Source: Mobula hypostoma (Eukaryota). From it: a DNA stretch of 64,000 bases. How positions within the stretch are numbered: position 1 is the stretch's first letter; every line of letters begins with the position of its first letter. The stretch is taken from assembly GCF_963921235.1 (NCBI RefSeq), contig NC_086097.1, forward strand, positions 93,126,001-93,190,000, given 5' to 3'. This document shows, in pieces, positions 12,541 to 26,090 of the stretch. Under the pieces are notes generated by a model. The model was not told the DNA's origin and made no database searches. It saw only the letters and a program-made list of their open reading frames with translations. The position numbers and the translations under genes were made by a program.

Positions 12541-15274
12541 AGAAACATAGAAAATAGGTGCAGGAGTAGGCCATTCGGCCCTTCGAGCCTGCACCGCCAT
12601 TCAGTATGATCATGGCTGATCATCCAACTCAGAACCCTGTATCTGCCTTCTCTCCATACCCCCTGATCCCTTTTGCCACAAGGGCCATATCTAACTCCCT
12701 CTTAAATATAGCCAATGAACTGGCCTCAACTGTTTCCTGTGGCAGAGAATTCCACAGATTCACCACTCTCTGTGTGAAGAAGTTTTTCCTCATCTCTGTC
12801 CTAAAAGGCTTCCCCTTTATCCTTAAATTGTGACCCCTCGTTCTGGACTTCCCCAATATCGGGAATAATCTTCCTGCATCTAGCCTGTCCAATCCCTTTA
12901 GGATTTTATACGTTTCAATAAGATCCCCCCTCAATCTTCTAAATTCCAGCAAGTATAAGCCCAGTCGATCCAGTCTTTCATCATATGAAAGTCCTGCCAT
13001 CCCAGGAATCAATCTGGTGAACCTTCTTTGTACTCCCTCTATGGCAAGGATGTCTTTCCTCAGATTAGGAGACCAAAACTGCACACAATACTCCAGGTGT
13101 GGTCTCACCAAGGCCTTGTACAACTGCAGTAGTACCTCCCTGCTCCTGTACTCGAATCCTCTTGCTATGAATGCCAGCATACCATTCGCCTTTTTCACCG
13201 CCTGCTGTACCTGCATGCCCATTTTCAATGACTGGTGTATAATGACACCCAGGTCTTGTTGCACCTCCCCTTTTCCTAATCAGCCACCATTCAGATAATA
13301 ATCTATTTTCCTGTTTTTGCCGCCAAGGTAGATAACCTCATATTCATCCACGTTAAATTGCATCTGCCATGAATTTGCCCACTCACCTAACCTATCCAAG
13401 TCACCCTGCATCCTCTTAGCATCCTCCCCACAGCTAACACTGCCGCCCAGCTTCGTGTCATCCGCAAACTTGGAGATGCTGCATTTAATTCCCTCGTCTA
13501 AGTCATTAATATATGTTGTAAACAACTGGGGTCCCTGCACTGAGCCTTGCAGTACCCCACTAGTCACCGCCTGCCATTCTGAAAAGGTCCCATTTATTCC
13601 CACTCTTTGCTTCCTGTCTGCCAATCAATTCTCTATCCACATCAATACCTTACCCCCAATACCGTGTGCTTTAAGTTTGCACACTAATCTCCTGTGTGGG
13701 ACCTTGTCAAAAGCCTTTTGAAAATCCAAATATACCACATCCACTGGTTCTCCCCTATCCACTCTACTAGTTACATCCTCAAAAAATTCTATGAGATTCG
13801 TCAGACATGATTTTCCTTTCACAAATCCATGCTGACTTTGTCCGATGATTTCACCGCTTTCCAAATGTGCTGTTGTCACATCTTTGATAAACGACTCTAG
13901 CATTTTCCCCACCACCAATGTTAGGTGGTCTATAGTTCCCCGGTTTCTCTCTCCCTCCTTTTTTAAAAAGCGGGGTTACATTAGCCACCCTCCAATCCTC
14001 AGGAACTAGTCCAGAATCTAAAGAGTTTTGAAAAATTATCACTAATGCATCCACTATTTCTTGGGCTACTTCCTTAAGTACTCTAGGATGCAGACCATCT
14101 GGCTCCGGGGATTTATCTGCCTTTAATCCCTTCAATTTACCTAACACCACTTCCCTACTAACATGTATTTCCCTCAGTTCCTCCATCTCACTAGACCCTC
14201 GGTCCCCTAATATTTCCAGAAGATTATTTATGTCCTCCTTAGTGAAGACAGAACCAAAGTAATTATTCAATTGGTCTGCCATGTCCTTGTTCCCCATGAT
14301 CAATTCACCTGTTTCTGACTGTAAGGGACCTACATTTGTCTTAACCAATCTTTTTCTTTTCACATATCTATAAAAGCTTTTACAGTCAGTTTTTATGTTC
14401 TCTGCCAGTTTTCTCTCATAATCTTTTTTCCCTTTCCTAATTAAGCCCTTTGTCCTCCTCTGTTGGACTCTGAATTTCTCCCAGTCCTCAAGTGAGTGGC
14501 TTTCTCTGGCTAATTTGTATGTTTCTTCTTTGGAATTGATACTATCCCTAATTTCCCTTGTCAGCCACAGGTGCACTACCTTCCCTGGTTTATTCTTTTG
14601 CCAAACTGGGATGAACAATTGTTGTAGTTCATCCATGCGATCTTTAAATGCTTGCCATTGCATATCCACCGTCAACCCTTTAAGTATCATTTGCCAGTCT
14701 ATCTTAGCTAATTCACGCCTCATACCTTCAAAGTTACCCTTCTTTAAGTTCAGAACCTTTGTTTCTGAATTAACTAAGTCACTCTCCACCTTAATGAAAA
14801 ATTCCACCATATTATGGTCACTCTTACCCAAGGGGCCTCTCACGTCAAGATTGCTAATTAACCCTTCCTCATTGCTCAATACCCAGTCTAGAATGGCCTG
14901 CTGTCTAGTTGGTTCCTCGACATGTTGGTTCAGAAAACCATCCCGCATACATTCCAAGAAATCCTCTTCCTTAGCACCCTTACCAATTTGGTTCACCCAA
15001 TTTATATGTAGATTGAAGTCACCCATTATAACTGCTGTTCCTTTATTGCACACATTTCTAATTTCCTGTTTAATGACATCCCCAACCTCACTACTACTGT
15101 TAGGTGGCCTGTACACAACTCTCACCAGTGTTTTCTGCCCCTTAGTATTATGCAGCTCTATCCATATCGATCCCACATCCTCCCGGCTAACGTCCCTCCT
15201 TTCTATTGCGTTAATCTCCTCTCTAACCAGCAATGCTACCCCACCACCTTTTCTTTCATGTCTATCCCTCCTGA
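12541..15274 (-). mobile_element. 5'-truncated CR1 LINE (ORF2 APE-RT, disrupted), same subfamily as 40548-44507
   Basis: ORFs 13851-15314, 13625-13918, 13280-13624 and 12629-13264 with GDFN, SDH, YLDFQKAFDKV, QGSV and FADD; tail (ATGTTTCT)n. Confidence 0.96.
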
Positions 15275-15344
15275 AGATGGATATTGGTTCCTGTGGCAAA
15301 GCAAATACAGCCAATCAAAAGAAAGGCCCTGCCCGCTTGGATGG

Positions 15345-15515
15345 AGGATGAAGCAGACAGAGTAGCAAACAGTTTGCTGGAGGAACTTAGTAGGTCGAGG
15401 GGTATCTCAATCCAAAACACTGAACTTTCCTTTCACAAGTGCTACTCAACCAGCTGAGTTCATCTGGCAAATTATTTCTTGCTCCGATTCCAGCGTCAAT
15501 AGTCTCTTCTGTCTC
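15345..15515. mobile_element. Highly decayed PLE-derived fold-back remnant (similar remnants near 11950-12090, 12330-12395 and 20925-20975)
   Basis: TGCTGGAGGAACTTAG...GCTGAGTTCATCTGGCA...GATTCCAGC. Confidence 0.5.
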
Positions 15516-16403
15516 CATGAAGTAAACCATTTTTCACAACTGGAGTCTCCTTGAATGGGTTTTGAACACACAACCTTGTGGCTTGAAGCTGAGAGTGCTG
15601 GAACCAGGAACTTACACCAGCCTTATGATGTTGGAAAGGCCTCCTGGACTAAGGACTCTGACTAGAGGAGAGATGACCATTGTGAAGGCCGACAGAAACA
15701 ATGACCTGGGCCTTTCTCAGCCCCTTCTAACTAACCTGATAGCTTTACCGACATCTGGAAGAGGTGCTTACTTGGCTGAATCAAGGAGTCTGTTAAAAGT
15801 AATTGCAAATTGTGCACCAGTATTCAACACAGCACATACCTCAACCAGCCAATGACACAGCCTCATTAAGTCAAATAATTTGTTTGTAATCTCTCTCCTG
15901 TGGCAACATACATTAATATAATGCCAGCAAAGTCTTTTCCAGGAACCGGTTATCTCAGGAACATTGTGTTTATATCCTTGCATCCCTTTTCTGGGTTCTG
16001 TGTGTAGTGTATTTAATATACCAGTAATATTTTGAGTAATATTGCAAATGTACTGTTTGATTAAGCATTCTTTGCTGTTTAAACAATTCATTATGGTTAC
16101 ATGTGCAAAGTACTGTACGTGAATGGCATATGTTATCATGCCACCGTGTCATATATTATGAGTGCCTCGGCTAAAGTGAAAACAAACTAAGACACGTTAT
16201 TCCCAGCTCCGTGTTTTTGCTTTCAATTAATTTTATGGCTTGGAGTTACAAAGCATAGCAGTGGCTATGAGGAAGTTAGAAATGAACCTGAGATGACTGA
16301 CTACCTACCTGCTGAAGCACAATTAGATGTTTGAGTTCAAAAAAATGCAGTGAGAAACAGTCAAGTAAACAAAAACAGTAAAGCACACGTCTCTTCAGAA
16401 ACC

Positions 16404-18300
16404 TAGATTTTTAGAAGGCCTTTGACAAGGTGCCAAACTTCAGGCTGCTTAATAAGTTACGAGCCCATGCCATTACAGGAAAGATACTGGCATGGATGAA
16501 GCATTGGCTGATTGGCAGCAGGCAAAGAGTGGCAATAAAGTGAGTCCTTTTCTAGTTGGCTGCTGGTGACTCGTGGTGTTCTACAGGAATCTGTGTTGGG
16601 ACCACTTCTTTTTACATGTTATCTCTGGTTACGAATTCTACTGTTATACGGTAGGTATTTCATTTTTAGCAGTTTTCTGCAAAAGCTGTGTGTCCTGCTG
16701 GTAGAATGTTTTGGTTTTGGCTAAATATAAGAAGCCCTGTTGCCAACTTAGGAATGTTGTGTCAGCCAATCAGGATGGTGGGATCTGGAGAATGTTCTAG
16801 AGAGAGTGGGGCGGAGAGAGATTTGTGATGGGTAGTAGTCAGTTTTGGGGTCTTTTGGTGGGAGCTATGGAGCAGGACAGAAGGGAAGATGCCACAGAAT
16901 GGAAGGAGGATCCCAGTTGCAAGAAGAGCTTTGCGCACATGAACGGCTCCAAAGAGGAAGGGGAAATACTCCTAAGAGAAAGCCAGTTTGTTTGAGATGG
17001 AATTGGAAAGAAGTTTGGACTGTGGCGGGTGACAGTTATTCCCAGCTTTTGGAAGAGACGAGCTCCAATGGTTATGTGCCCACTTAGACTGATCTAACTG
17101 TAATGGGCCCTTTTATTTTTTTCTTCTTTTAATAACTGTTTGATGAAGCTGAAATCGGTAAATATTCTTTCTTTATAATTTTATGTGGCGTACAATCTGT
17201 TATTTCTTGCCAACAGATAATTGTGTATGGTCAGTATTTACACAGCATTCACTCAAATCAAGCTTTCTTTAATCAGAACATCACAACATTCCTGTTTGAT
17301 TGAAACCCAGACCCTAGACATATACTATTTATGAAAGGTGGCCGTCTCACCTCTGAGTTGCATGCCTGTGAGCAGCATTAGCTAATGAGCCGAGTTTGCA
17401 TGCAAGCCCAGTGACAGGATTACATACATTACATGTCAATGACTTGGATGATGGAATTGATGGCTTTGTGGCCAAGTTTGGAGATGATATGAAGATAGGC
17501 AGAGGGGCAGGTAGTTTTGAGGAAGTAGAGAGACTACAGAAAGACAGATTAGGAAAATGGGCAAAGAATGAGCAGATGGAATATAGTGTCAGGAAGTGTA
17601 TGGTCATGCACATTGATGGAAGAAATGAAAGCATAGACTATTTTATAAATGTAGAGAAAAGTCTAAATTCTGAGGAGCAAAGTGACTTGGAAGTCCTCAT
17701 GCAAGATTCCCTAACAGTTAATTTATAGATTGAATCAGTGGTGAGGAATGCAAATGCAATATTAGCATTAATTCCAAGAGGAGTAGAATATAAAAGCAAG
17801 GATGTAATGTTGAGGCCTCACATTGTGAGCAGTTCTGGGCCCCTTATCTTGGAAAGGATGTGCTGTCATGGAGAGGGTTCAAAAGAAGTTCATGAAATGT
17901 TTCTGGGATTCTTGAGGAGAGTTTGATGGCTTTTGACCTCTACTCACTAGAATTCAGAAGAATGAAGGGTGACCTCATTGAAACCTATTGAATGTTTTGA
18001 TAGAGTGGATGTGAAAGGTATGTTTCCTAAGGTGGGAGAGTCTACGATCAGAGGACAAGGCCTCAGAATAGAGGGGCATCCTTTTAGAATGGAGATCAGG
18101 ACGAATTTCTTTAACCAGAGAGTAGTGAATCTCTGCAATCTGTTGCCACAGGTGGCTGTGGAGGCCAAGTATCTATGTGGATTTAAGGCAGAGGTTGATT
18201 GATTCTTGATTAATCGGGGCTGAGAAGGAAAATGGATCAACCATGATGAAATGGTGGAGCAGACTCAATGGACCAAATGACCAAATTCTGTTCCACCACC
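16404..18300 (+). mobile_element. CR1 RT and 3' end fragment, split by a solo LTR
   Basis: DF*KAFDKVP...; VNDLDDGIDGFVAKFGDD; NFFNQRVVNLCNLLP. Confidence 0.9.
16617..17424. mobile_element. Solo LTR (808 bp)
   Basis: TGTTAT...ATTACA termini; 4-bp TSD TACA; removing it restores CR1 TTTTACATTACATGTCAATG. Confidence 0.75.
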
Positions 18301-18579
18301 TTTTGTAGGATGTTCCATTCGTGTAGGACTTCCCATTCAGAGACACATCTGAGTTGCAGTCAGGAATGAAAGTGAGCATGAACAAACTTGCAACATCTAA
18401 ATAGAAACGGGGCTGGATGAACAAATTGTATTGCTGTTTTGGCAGGGTCTCTCATACACCAGGCTAATGCAGGTTTAAAGGTGGACTGCACCCAGTCAGT
18501 GACTGAGAGCACGGGAAGCAGCAGCAGAATCACCTAGCTCTGTGGTTGAAGATGAAAAAAGACAGGGCTTCACTGCAGA

Positions 18580-20747
18580 TTTTGGAGTTGGATTGTGCCC
18601 AACCAATGAATAGGTTTCATTAGAAAGGACGAATAAAGATAAGGCCGGGGCAAGGGGAGCGGCCATTGTTGGAGTGGGCCAGTATTGGAGTGGCTTCGGC
18701 TCATCAGGCTTGGGTGAGGTAAGTAACTGATAAGTTTCTTCTTCGTCTTTATTCTCATATGGTGAGAATGACTCCAGCGGCTGTGTTTTGTTCTGTGTCT
18801 GAGATGTGGGATTTTGGGGAGACGTCCAGCCTCCCAGATAAACACATCTGCACCGGGTGTACTGAGCTGTAGTTTCTCAGAGAGCATGCTAAGGAGCTAG
18901 AGCTGCAGCTCAATGACCTTCAGCTCATACGGGAGACTGAGGAAGCGATAGATAGGAGCTACGGGGCGGTCGTCATCCTTAGGTTGAAGGAAACAGGTAA
19001 CTGGGTGGCTGTCAGGAGAAGGAAGGGAAATGGGCAGTCAGTGCAGAGTACCCCTGTGGCCGTTCCCCTCAATAATTAGTGTACCACTTTGGATACTGCT
19101 GGAGAGAATGACCTACCGTGGGAAGCCACAGCAACCGGGTCACTGGCACTGAGTCTGACGCTGCGGCTCAGAAGAGAACAGAGATGAAGTGGTGATACGA
19201 GATTCTATTGTTGGAGAAATAGAGACACCCGGATGATCTGTTACCTCCCATTTGCCAGGATCAAAGGTGTCTCGGATTGGGTTCACAGCATTCAAAAGTG
19301 GGGCGAGCAGCCAGAAGTCTTGGTACATATTGGCACCAATGGCCCAGGTAAGAAAGGTGAGGAAGTCTTGAAGGGAGATTATAGGGAGCAAGGTAGAAAG
19401 CAGAATCGCAGAACCTTCCAGGGCAGTCATCTCTGGACTGCTGCCTGTGCCACATGCCAGTGAGGGTAAGAATAGGGTGATTTGGCAGATGAATGTGTGG
19501 CTGAGGAACTGGTGCAGGCACAGGGGCTCAGATTTACCGAGCACTGGGATCTCTTCTGAGGAAGGTACAATCTGTATAAAAGGGATGGGTTATCCTTTCG
19601 GGTAGGTTTGCTACAGCTGTTCAGGAGGGTTTCAACTAATTTGGCAGGAGGGTGGGAACCAGAGTGATAGGGCTGAGGATGGGGCAGTTAGTTTACAAAC
19701 AGAGGCAGTGTGTAGTGAGACTGCTAGCAAGGGAAGGCTGATGAGAGGGCAGAATTACAGTCAACAGGATGTGTTGCAACGTAAGAGGAGGACAAAATCA
19801 AAAAGGGTGATGAATACAAGACTGAAGGTGTTATATTTGAATCCATGCAGTATACTGAATAAGGTAGATGAAGTTGTAGCACAGTTACAGATTGGCATGT
19901 ATGACATTGTGGGCATCATTGAATCATGGCTGGAAGATTATAGCTGAGAACTTAATGTCCAAGGATACAGGTTGTACCAAAAGGACAGGCTGGTAGGCAG
20001 GGTGGGTGGGGAGGCACCGTTGGTAAAAAAAAAATAATAATTTAATGAAATCATGAGAAAGAGTTGACTTAGGATTGGAAGGTGTTGGATTGCTGTGGGT
20101 AGAGCTAAGGAGCTGAAAGGGTGAAAAGACCCTGATAGGAGTTATATACAGACCTCTTAACAGTAGCAAAGATTAAATTAAAGGCATCTGTTAGTCTTGC
20201 AAGACCATGGATCTGCGCCTGGAAAGTCTTCACTCTGCAGGGCGCAGGCCTGGGCAAGGTTGTATGGAAGACCAGCAGTTGCCCATGCTGCAAGTCTCCC
20301 CTCTCCACGACACCAGTGTTGTCCAAGGGAAGGGCATTAGGACCCATACAGTTTGGCACCAGTGTCGTCACAGAGCAATGTGTGATTAAGTGCCCTGCTC
20401 AAGGACACAACACTTTGTCTCGGCTGGGGATCAAACTCACGACCTTCAGGTCGCTAGTCCAATGCCTTAACCACTTGGCCACAGGCCCACAGTAGCAACG
20501 ACATGGTCTACAAATTACACCAGGAGATAGAAAATGCATGTCAAAAGGGCAGTGTTATGCTAGTCATGGGGAATTTCAATATGCAGGTAGATTGGGAAAA
20601 TCAGGTTGATGCTAGATCCCAAGAGGGAGAATTTGTAGATTGCCTACAAGATGGCTGTTTAGAGCAGCTTGTGGATGAGCCCACTAGGGAATCAGCTATT
20701 CTCGATTACATGTTCTGCAATGAACTCTGAATTGATCAGAGAGCTTA
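18580..20747 (+). mobile_element. Decayed CR1 5' portion (ORF1 Cys-finger and SGNH esterase, start of ORF2 APE)
   Basis: Remnants CSVSEMWD..HICTGC, EVLVHIGTNG, LKVLYLN..SILNKVDE and VMGNFN. Confidence 0.88.
20173..20488 (-). mobile_element. tRNA-derived SINE with CORE-like middle
   Basis: A box TGGCCAAGTGG, B-box-like GAGTTTGATCC, GTGTCCTTGAGCAGGGCACTTAA; 13-bp TSD ACAGTAGCAA(A/C)GA (20160-20172, 20489-20501). Confidence 0.9.
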
Positions 20748-21759
20748 ATTATGTTTACTTGTACGAGGTACATGAATGGCGTATGTCATCACCACCACTA
20801 TACAGCATGCGTGTGCCTCGCTGAAAGTAAAAACAAATTAAGATATGTTATTCCCGGCTCCGTTTTTACCTTTAATTAATTCTGTGGTGTAGAGTTGCAA
20901 AGCGTAACACTGTGTATTTTTGTTTCATGGATGCTGCCTGGCCTGCTGAATTTCTTCAGCATTTTGTCTGTGTTGCTATTTTTGTTGCTGTTGTCCAAAG
21001 ACAAGTAGTTGTCTCAGTAAGATGTAAAAAAAAATTGTGCTCCTCCAACTTTGCAGTTTCAAGTTTTCCTGAGAAGGTCACACTGAAGGAATTGAAGAGG
21101 ATACTGACTCACAGACTGAGGTGAAGATTGATACTCAGATATTCACCATTCACCTCTGAAGTACACTGTGGCTTTTTTTGGAATTCCAATTGTCTCTGAT
21201 ATCTCCAACAGGAGAAGGATCAATGTGCATGGAACAGAGTCCATTGTTGAGTTCAGAAAGCTGTGCTCATTTGCTTGGTCGCACTTTGTCCGAAGAACAC
21301 TGGTACAGGCCATTCGGCCCTTTGTTTGCTCTCCTGTTCACTGAGGTCCAGTTTCTCTTTTACCTTGTGTTACAGACTGTTAGATTCCCTGCTCCTTCTC
21401 TTTCTAACCAAGAGAGCCATAGCCCTATGATCCGCTGAAAGAGGACTACCTACCTTCTTTAAGACAATGCCTTCTTGTTTCTGGGCTCTCCTGTCCGTCT
21501 GCACTACCTGCCATTTATGGAAACATTCTACATAAACCAATAGATTGCGAGCATATGCTCCCCCTTACAGACCATAACTGGCAAGTTATCAGCCTCTTCC
21601 TGCTATAATGGGTCCAATAATGCTGGACTAATCCCCTTATAGTTGGGATTTATGCCTAGTAACAGGCTGAGTCACACTGGCTGTGAGCTAAGTCTTAAGA
21701 TGAAATGATTAACAGTAAAGTTCTCCATCACTCTTTGGCCAACTCATACCTTCCCCCCC

Positions 21760-22745
21760 GCCCCCCCCCACTCTTCAATGACTCCTGGACCTATCACCTA
21801 CAACAGAAGGAGGTGTAACACTTGTCCCTTCCCCTCGTCCCTCACCACCATCCAGAGACCTAAACAGTCCTTCCAGGCGAGGCAGCTTATTCACGTGCAC
21901 CAGCTCCAACTTTTTCTGCTGCATGCAGTGCCCCTGGGATGGAAGGAACCTCAACGTGCTCTACATTGGTGAGACAAGCATAGACCAGTGCTCGATTTGC
22001 AGAGCACTTTCACCCTGTCCAGAGAGGACATTCCGATCTCCTAATATGGGCCACATTAAATCCCCTTCCCATTCCCACACTGAGCTGTGTGACCTCAGCT
22101 GTCTCTACTGCCAGGATGAGGTGTAGTGCTGACTAACAGAGCAACATTTCAAGAACTGCCTGAGCTGTCTGAGTCCTCCAAAATCAGGCAACCTTTTCTC
22201 CTGTGTTCCTCTTTTCCTCTCCTTCTGTTCCACCCCACCTCTAATTTTCCCATGTTTGTGCCTTTTGCCATTTCCAGCCCTCACATAACTTGGTTCCATC
22301 TGCCCTTCATCTCTCCCAGGATCACTTCTGCCACTTCTCAGATTCGCACTGGTAGCCTCTGTGTTCCTGCTTATCACTGTCCCGGCCTTTCTCTCCACCT
22401 TCTCCCACATCTTGCTCCATCTGCTTTTTATTTTACCCTTGTCTGCCTCCAACTATCATCCACGTGCCTCTGTCCCCTGGCTCCACACACCCAATGACCA
22501 CCCCCCCCCAACCCAAGCAGGCTCTTTTTGCCTGTCATCACCCTCCCTTTCTCAGTCCACCTTATCTCACCCCTCTGCACTGGCTGTCTTCCCCCTCCCC
22601 TCTCAGGCGACTCAGGGTCTCAACCCGAAACGCCAACAATTCCTCCCCCTCCCCCACCCGTCACAAATGCTGCTTGACCTACTGAGATCTTCCGTCAGAT
22701 TGTGTGTTGCTGCAGATTCCAGCACCTGCAGCCTCTTGCATCTTT
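21760..22745 (+). mobile_element. Old Penelope-like element 3' part (GIY-YIG remnant and terminal repeat)
   Basis: RRRCNTCPFPSSLTTIQRPKQSFQ and LYIGET are homologous to 37290-37460; decayed hammerhead GGGTCTCAACCCGAAACGCC at about 22615-22634. Confidence 0.85.
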
Positions 22746-23289
22746 CTGCTAGTAAATCATCTCACAGGCACATGGCAGCTCGGGTTCTGATGTTGAATTG
22801 ATCCAGAATGCGGAGAGCTTGAGATCAATAGCCGTCATAACATCACAGACACTCTGAAAGGTTAGTCTCATTATCAATATGGAAGAGGGTGCATAATTAT
22901 CATCAAAGGCTTGTGGGGCATCAGTCTGAGTAATACAACAGCGCCTGAGGTAATGATATACAGTATGTGTGTCTCACAGCAAACACATCTAGTCCAGGCT
23001 ATTTGCATTCAAAAGGCACTCAACTTTAATGCTGTCTAAATGACTTTTACAGTGCCAATACACCAAGTAATTACTCACAATTATCTTAATTTGTTTAAAA
23101 TTTCAAAGAAATATAAAAGAAAATTAAAGGAAGGGACACGGGTATTAAACTTTTCATAGTCATTGAGAAATTCAGCACAGAAACAGGCCCTTTCGCATAA
23201 CTCATCCACGTCTAGTCCCATTTGACTGTGGTTCGCCCACATCCCTCTAAGCCTTTCCTGACCATGTACCTGTCCAAATGCTATAAATT

Positions 23290-23560
23290 ACAAAAAGAAA
23301 TACACTAAAACATTAAATTAGTTGTACAAGAAGGGAGCAAAATGGTGAAGTAGAGTTCTTGGGTTGGTTCATTGTTTGATCAGAGGGGATGAAGTTGTTC
23401 CTACAGTGTTGAGTGTGTGTCTTCAGGCTCCCGTACCTCTTCTCTGATTGTAGCAATAGGAAGGGAACAATTCCTGAGTGATAGAGGTCTGTAATGATGG
23501 ATTCCACCTTTATGAGGCATCACCTTTTGAAGATATCCTCAATGCTGGGGAAAATAATAC
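23290..23560 (-). mobile_element. Rex1/Babar 3' remnant
   Basis: ORF remnant LLQSEKRYGSLKTHTQHCRNNFIP. Confidence 0.65.
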
Positions 23561-24109
23561 CCATGGAGGCCATCATGATTTTATAAACCTCTCTAAAGTT
23601 GTCCCTCAGATTCATTCGCTCCTGGAACAATGGTCCAAGTCTCTATTCTTATAAGTCAAGCCCATCAAATGAGTCACTTCTGAAACAGCTTTGCAAGGTG
23701 TTTTTTTAAAACTTCTCAATGTCAATCCCAGCAAACTCAAAGCTCAAACTAACCATGTCATCACCAGAATTATAGAAATCTTGATATTTCCCAATTAAAA
23801 ACTAACGGTATCTGAGCCTCAAGTTTGGGAATCGACAAACCATCATCTCTAAATCTTGAATATAAAACACCACCATTACAAATGAAGGGGAGGTGAAGGT
23901 ATTCCACCACAAGGGGCTCTGGATAGTTCCATCCAATTGGGAAAGAACATTGTGAAGTATTGATCGCAATTCCTGCCAATACAGATTGAGGGTGGGTAGA
24001 AGGAAGAGGCAAGAGATATCATGTCATCAGAGGCATCGAATCGTACAGCACAGAAATAGACTCTTTGGCCCACTGAGTCAGCGTTGACCATCAAAAAAAC
24101 CATTCCTAT

Positions 24110-24300
24110 ACTATTCCTACTTTATTCTCCACGCAGTCCCAGTTTTAACCCTTACCTACACACAAAGAGATAGCCTATAGCAGCCAGTTAACATACCAAC
24201 CTGTACATCTTTGAGATGTGGGAGGGAGCTGGAGCACCCAGGGTGAACCAGCACAGTCACACTCCACACAGACAACACCTGCAGTCAGGACCAAACCTGT
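24110..24300 (-). mobile_element. HE1/V-SINE-like remnant
   Basis: TCTTTGAGATGTGGGAGGGAGCTGGAGCACCCA...CTCCACACAGACA is the reverse complement of the 38540-38820 SINE body. Confidence 0.65.
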
Positions 24301-24309
24301 GAGACAATA

Positions 24310-26090
24310 GTACCCATCAGAATTGTACCCCAGTGTTAGACAGTGACAGACCAGTCCCCACCAGCACTGTTAGTCTAGTGATCTGAAGGTCGCTAGTTTG
24401 AGTCTTGGCTGAGGCAGCGTGTTGTGTCCTTGAGCAAGGCACTTAACCACACATTGCTCTGCGATGACACCGGTGCCAAGCTGTACGGGTCCTAATGCCC
24501 TTCCCTTGGACAACATCAGTGGCGTGGAGAGGGAGACTTGCAGCATGGGCAACTGCTGGTCTTTCATACGACCTTTCCCAGGCCTGCGCCCTGAAAACCT
24601 TCCAAGGCGCAAATCCATGGTCTCATGAGACTAATTGATGCCCATATAGAGTAGCAGACCAGTCCCGAGCAACAATGAAACTGCAGTGTTATGCAGTGAC
24701 GGACCTGGCCCATCAATATTATACTCCAGTATTACAGAGTGCCAGACTCATCCTCACCGGTCCTCTATTCAGCGCTATACAGTGTCAGACCTGTCCCATT
24801 AGTGCCATTATTTAGTGTTAATCAGACTTGTACTCAGCAGTATTCTACTCCAGTGTTAGGAAGTGACAGATGTGGGCCACACTGGTACTGTAGCCCAGCA
24901 TTCCACGGTGCGGACCCGTGCCCACCGATCCTGTAATCTAGAGTTACAAATATCAACCCTCAACAGTTAGCTGCAGAGAGAATCTGTATTTACAGATAAC
25001 CACCATTATTGGCACAGTTCACAAACACGTGAATTTACAAACCGAAGTGTCTGTGTGCACACCCACTAGGTTCCTCCAACCATCCATGAACATTCAACAA
25101 AGAGAAAAGGTAATGCCCGGGAAAAGGAATTTATACTGGCCAGGCGCTCTTCGTGGTCCACAGATGTGATTTCTGATGTGAGGTCATCCACTTCGGCAAT
25201 ATTTGGTCTCCACAGAGCTGTCACCGTCTGTGCTCCCAAAATCCTCCATTCTCATTATTTTCCTTAATAGATCGATCTATGACGTTTCAGTTTTGGTGGC
25301 TCAAGCTCATTTGACTGAACTGTCAGTTCTCAATGGATGTAGCCTGGGGTTTTATAGCTCTTTCATCCAGCCTTGTGCCTTAGGTAATGTCTTTTGTTCT
25401 TTCCAAGTCAAGTTGGTTCAAACCAGTCCAAACATGTCAGCCAAACACTAGACAACCAGATCACAGGCTGCTCCTTCTGCAAGCCTGCCACTTTACATAA
25501 TAAACAGCTTCTTATCTAACAATGGTCTCAGATTTAACAGATCATAAGCAGAAATTCCTTATCTATGTTCAGTTGCCCTGAGCAAGAACCAGTTCACCAG
25601 TTTACAAAATGGCAGCTGCAAGAACACTCACAAAATGGCTGCCTCCATTCCTGCAATCACATGGCAAGAACAAAGACTTTTGTTTTGTCTGTTTCCACAG
25701 CCCTTGCCTCATTCCTGTTCACTGATTTGTGGATTGGAGTTCTTTCTGGCCAACACTAGTCTTACACAAAGAGAGAGATGTCTGCACCATTATTGTATGC
25801 ATCCCATTGTTATACAGTGTCTGGCCTGTTCCCAGCAGTATCATACCCCAATTTAATACAGTGAAAGAACTGTGGCTACCAGTACCATAATCAGTGTTAA
25901 GTGGACCTGTACTCAGCAGAATGTCAGTGTGATACTGTGACAAGTATGTTAGCATCAGTACTGTACCCCAGTGTTACACACTGATAGACCTGCCCCACAT
26001 CCCATACTGTTCCATCGTAGATAGAGTGACATTGTACCCCAGTGTACTGTCAGACCTGTCCCTGTCAGTACCGCTACCCAGTGTTGAACA
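24310..26090 (+). repeat. Degenerate satellite-like units of about 44 bp (24310-24370, 24650-24940, 25850-26090)
   Basis: Recurrent CAGTACTGTACCCCAGTGTTA..CAGTGACAGACCTGTCCC motif. Confidence 0.7.
24371..24648 (+). mobile_element. SINE, same family as 20173-20488 (5'-truncated)
   Basis: Colinear with the reverse complement of 20173-20460. Confidence 0.9.

Larger units (their letters stand above)
16003..20909 (+). mobile_element. LTR retrotransposon shell (two LTRs, interior occupied by CR1 sequence)
   Basis: 16100-16260 and 20750-20909 are homologous (GAATGGCRTATGT...AAAACAAA...TTATTCCCRGCTCCGT...GAGTTRCAAAGCRTARCA); PBS-like TGGCTATGAGG at 16262; 5-bp TSD CTGTG (15998-16002, 20910-20914). 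Confidence 0.75.

Noticed and set aside
20420..20488. tRNA gene
   Set aside because: The A and B boxes belong to a SINE head; no complete cloverleaf, and it continues into a SINE body with a TSD.
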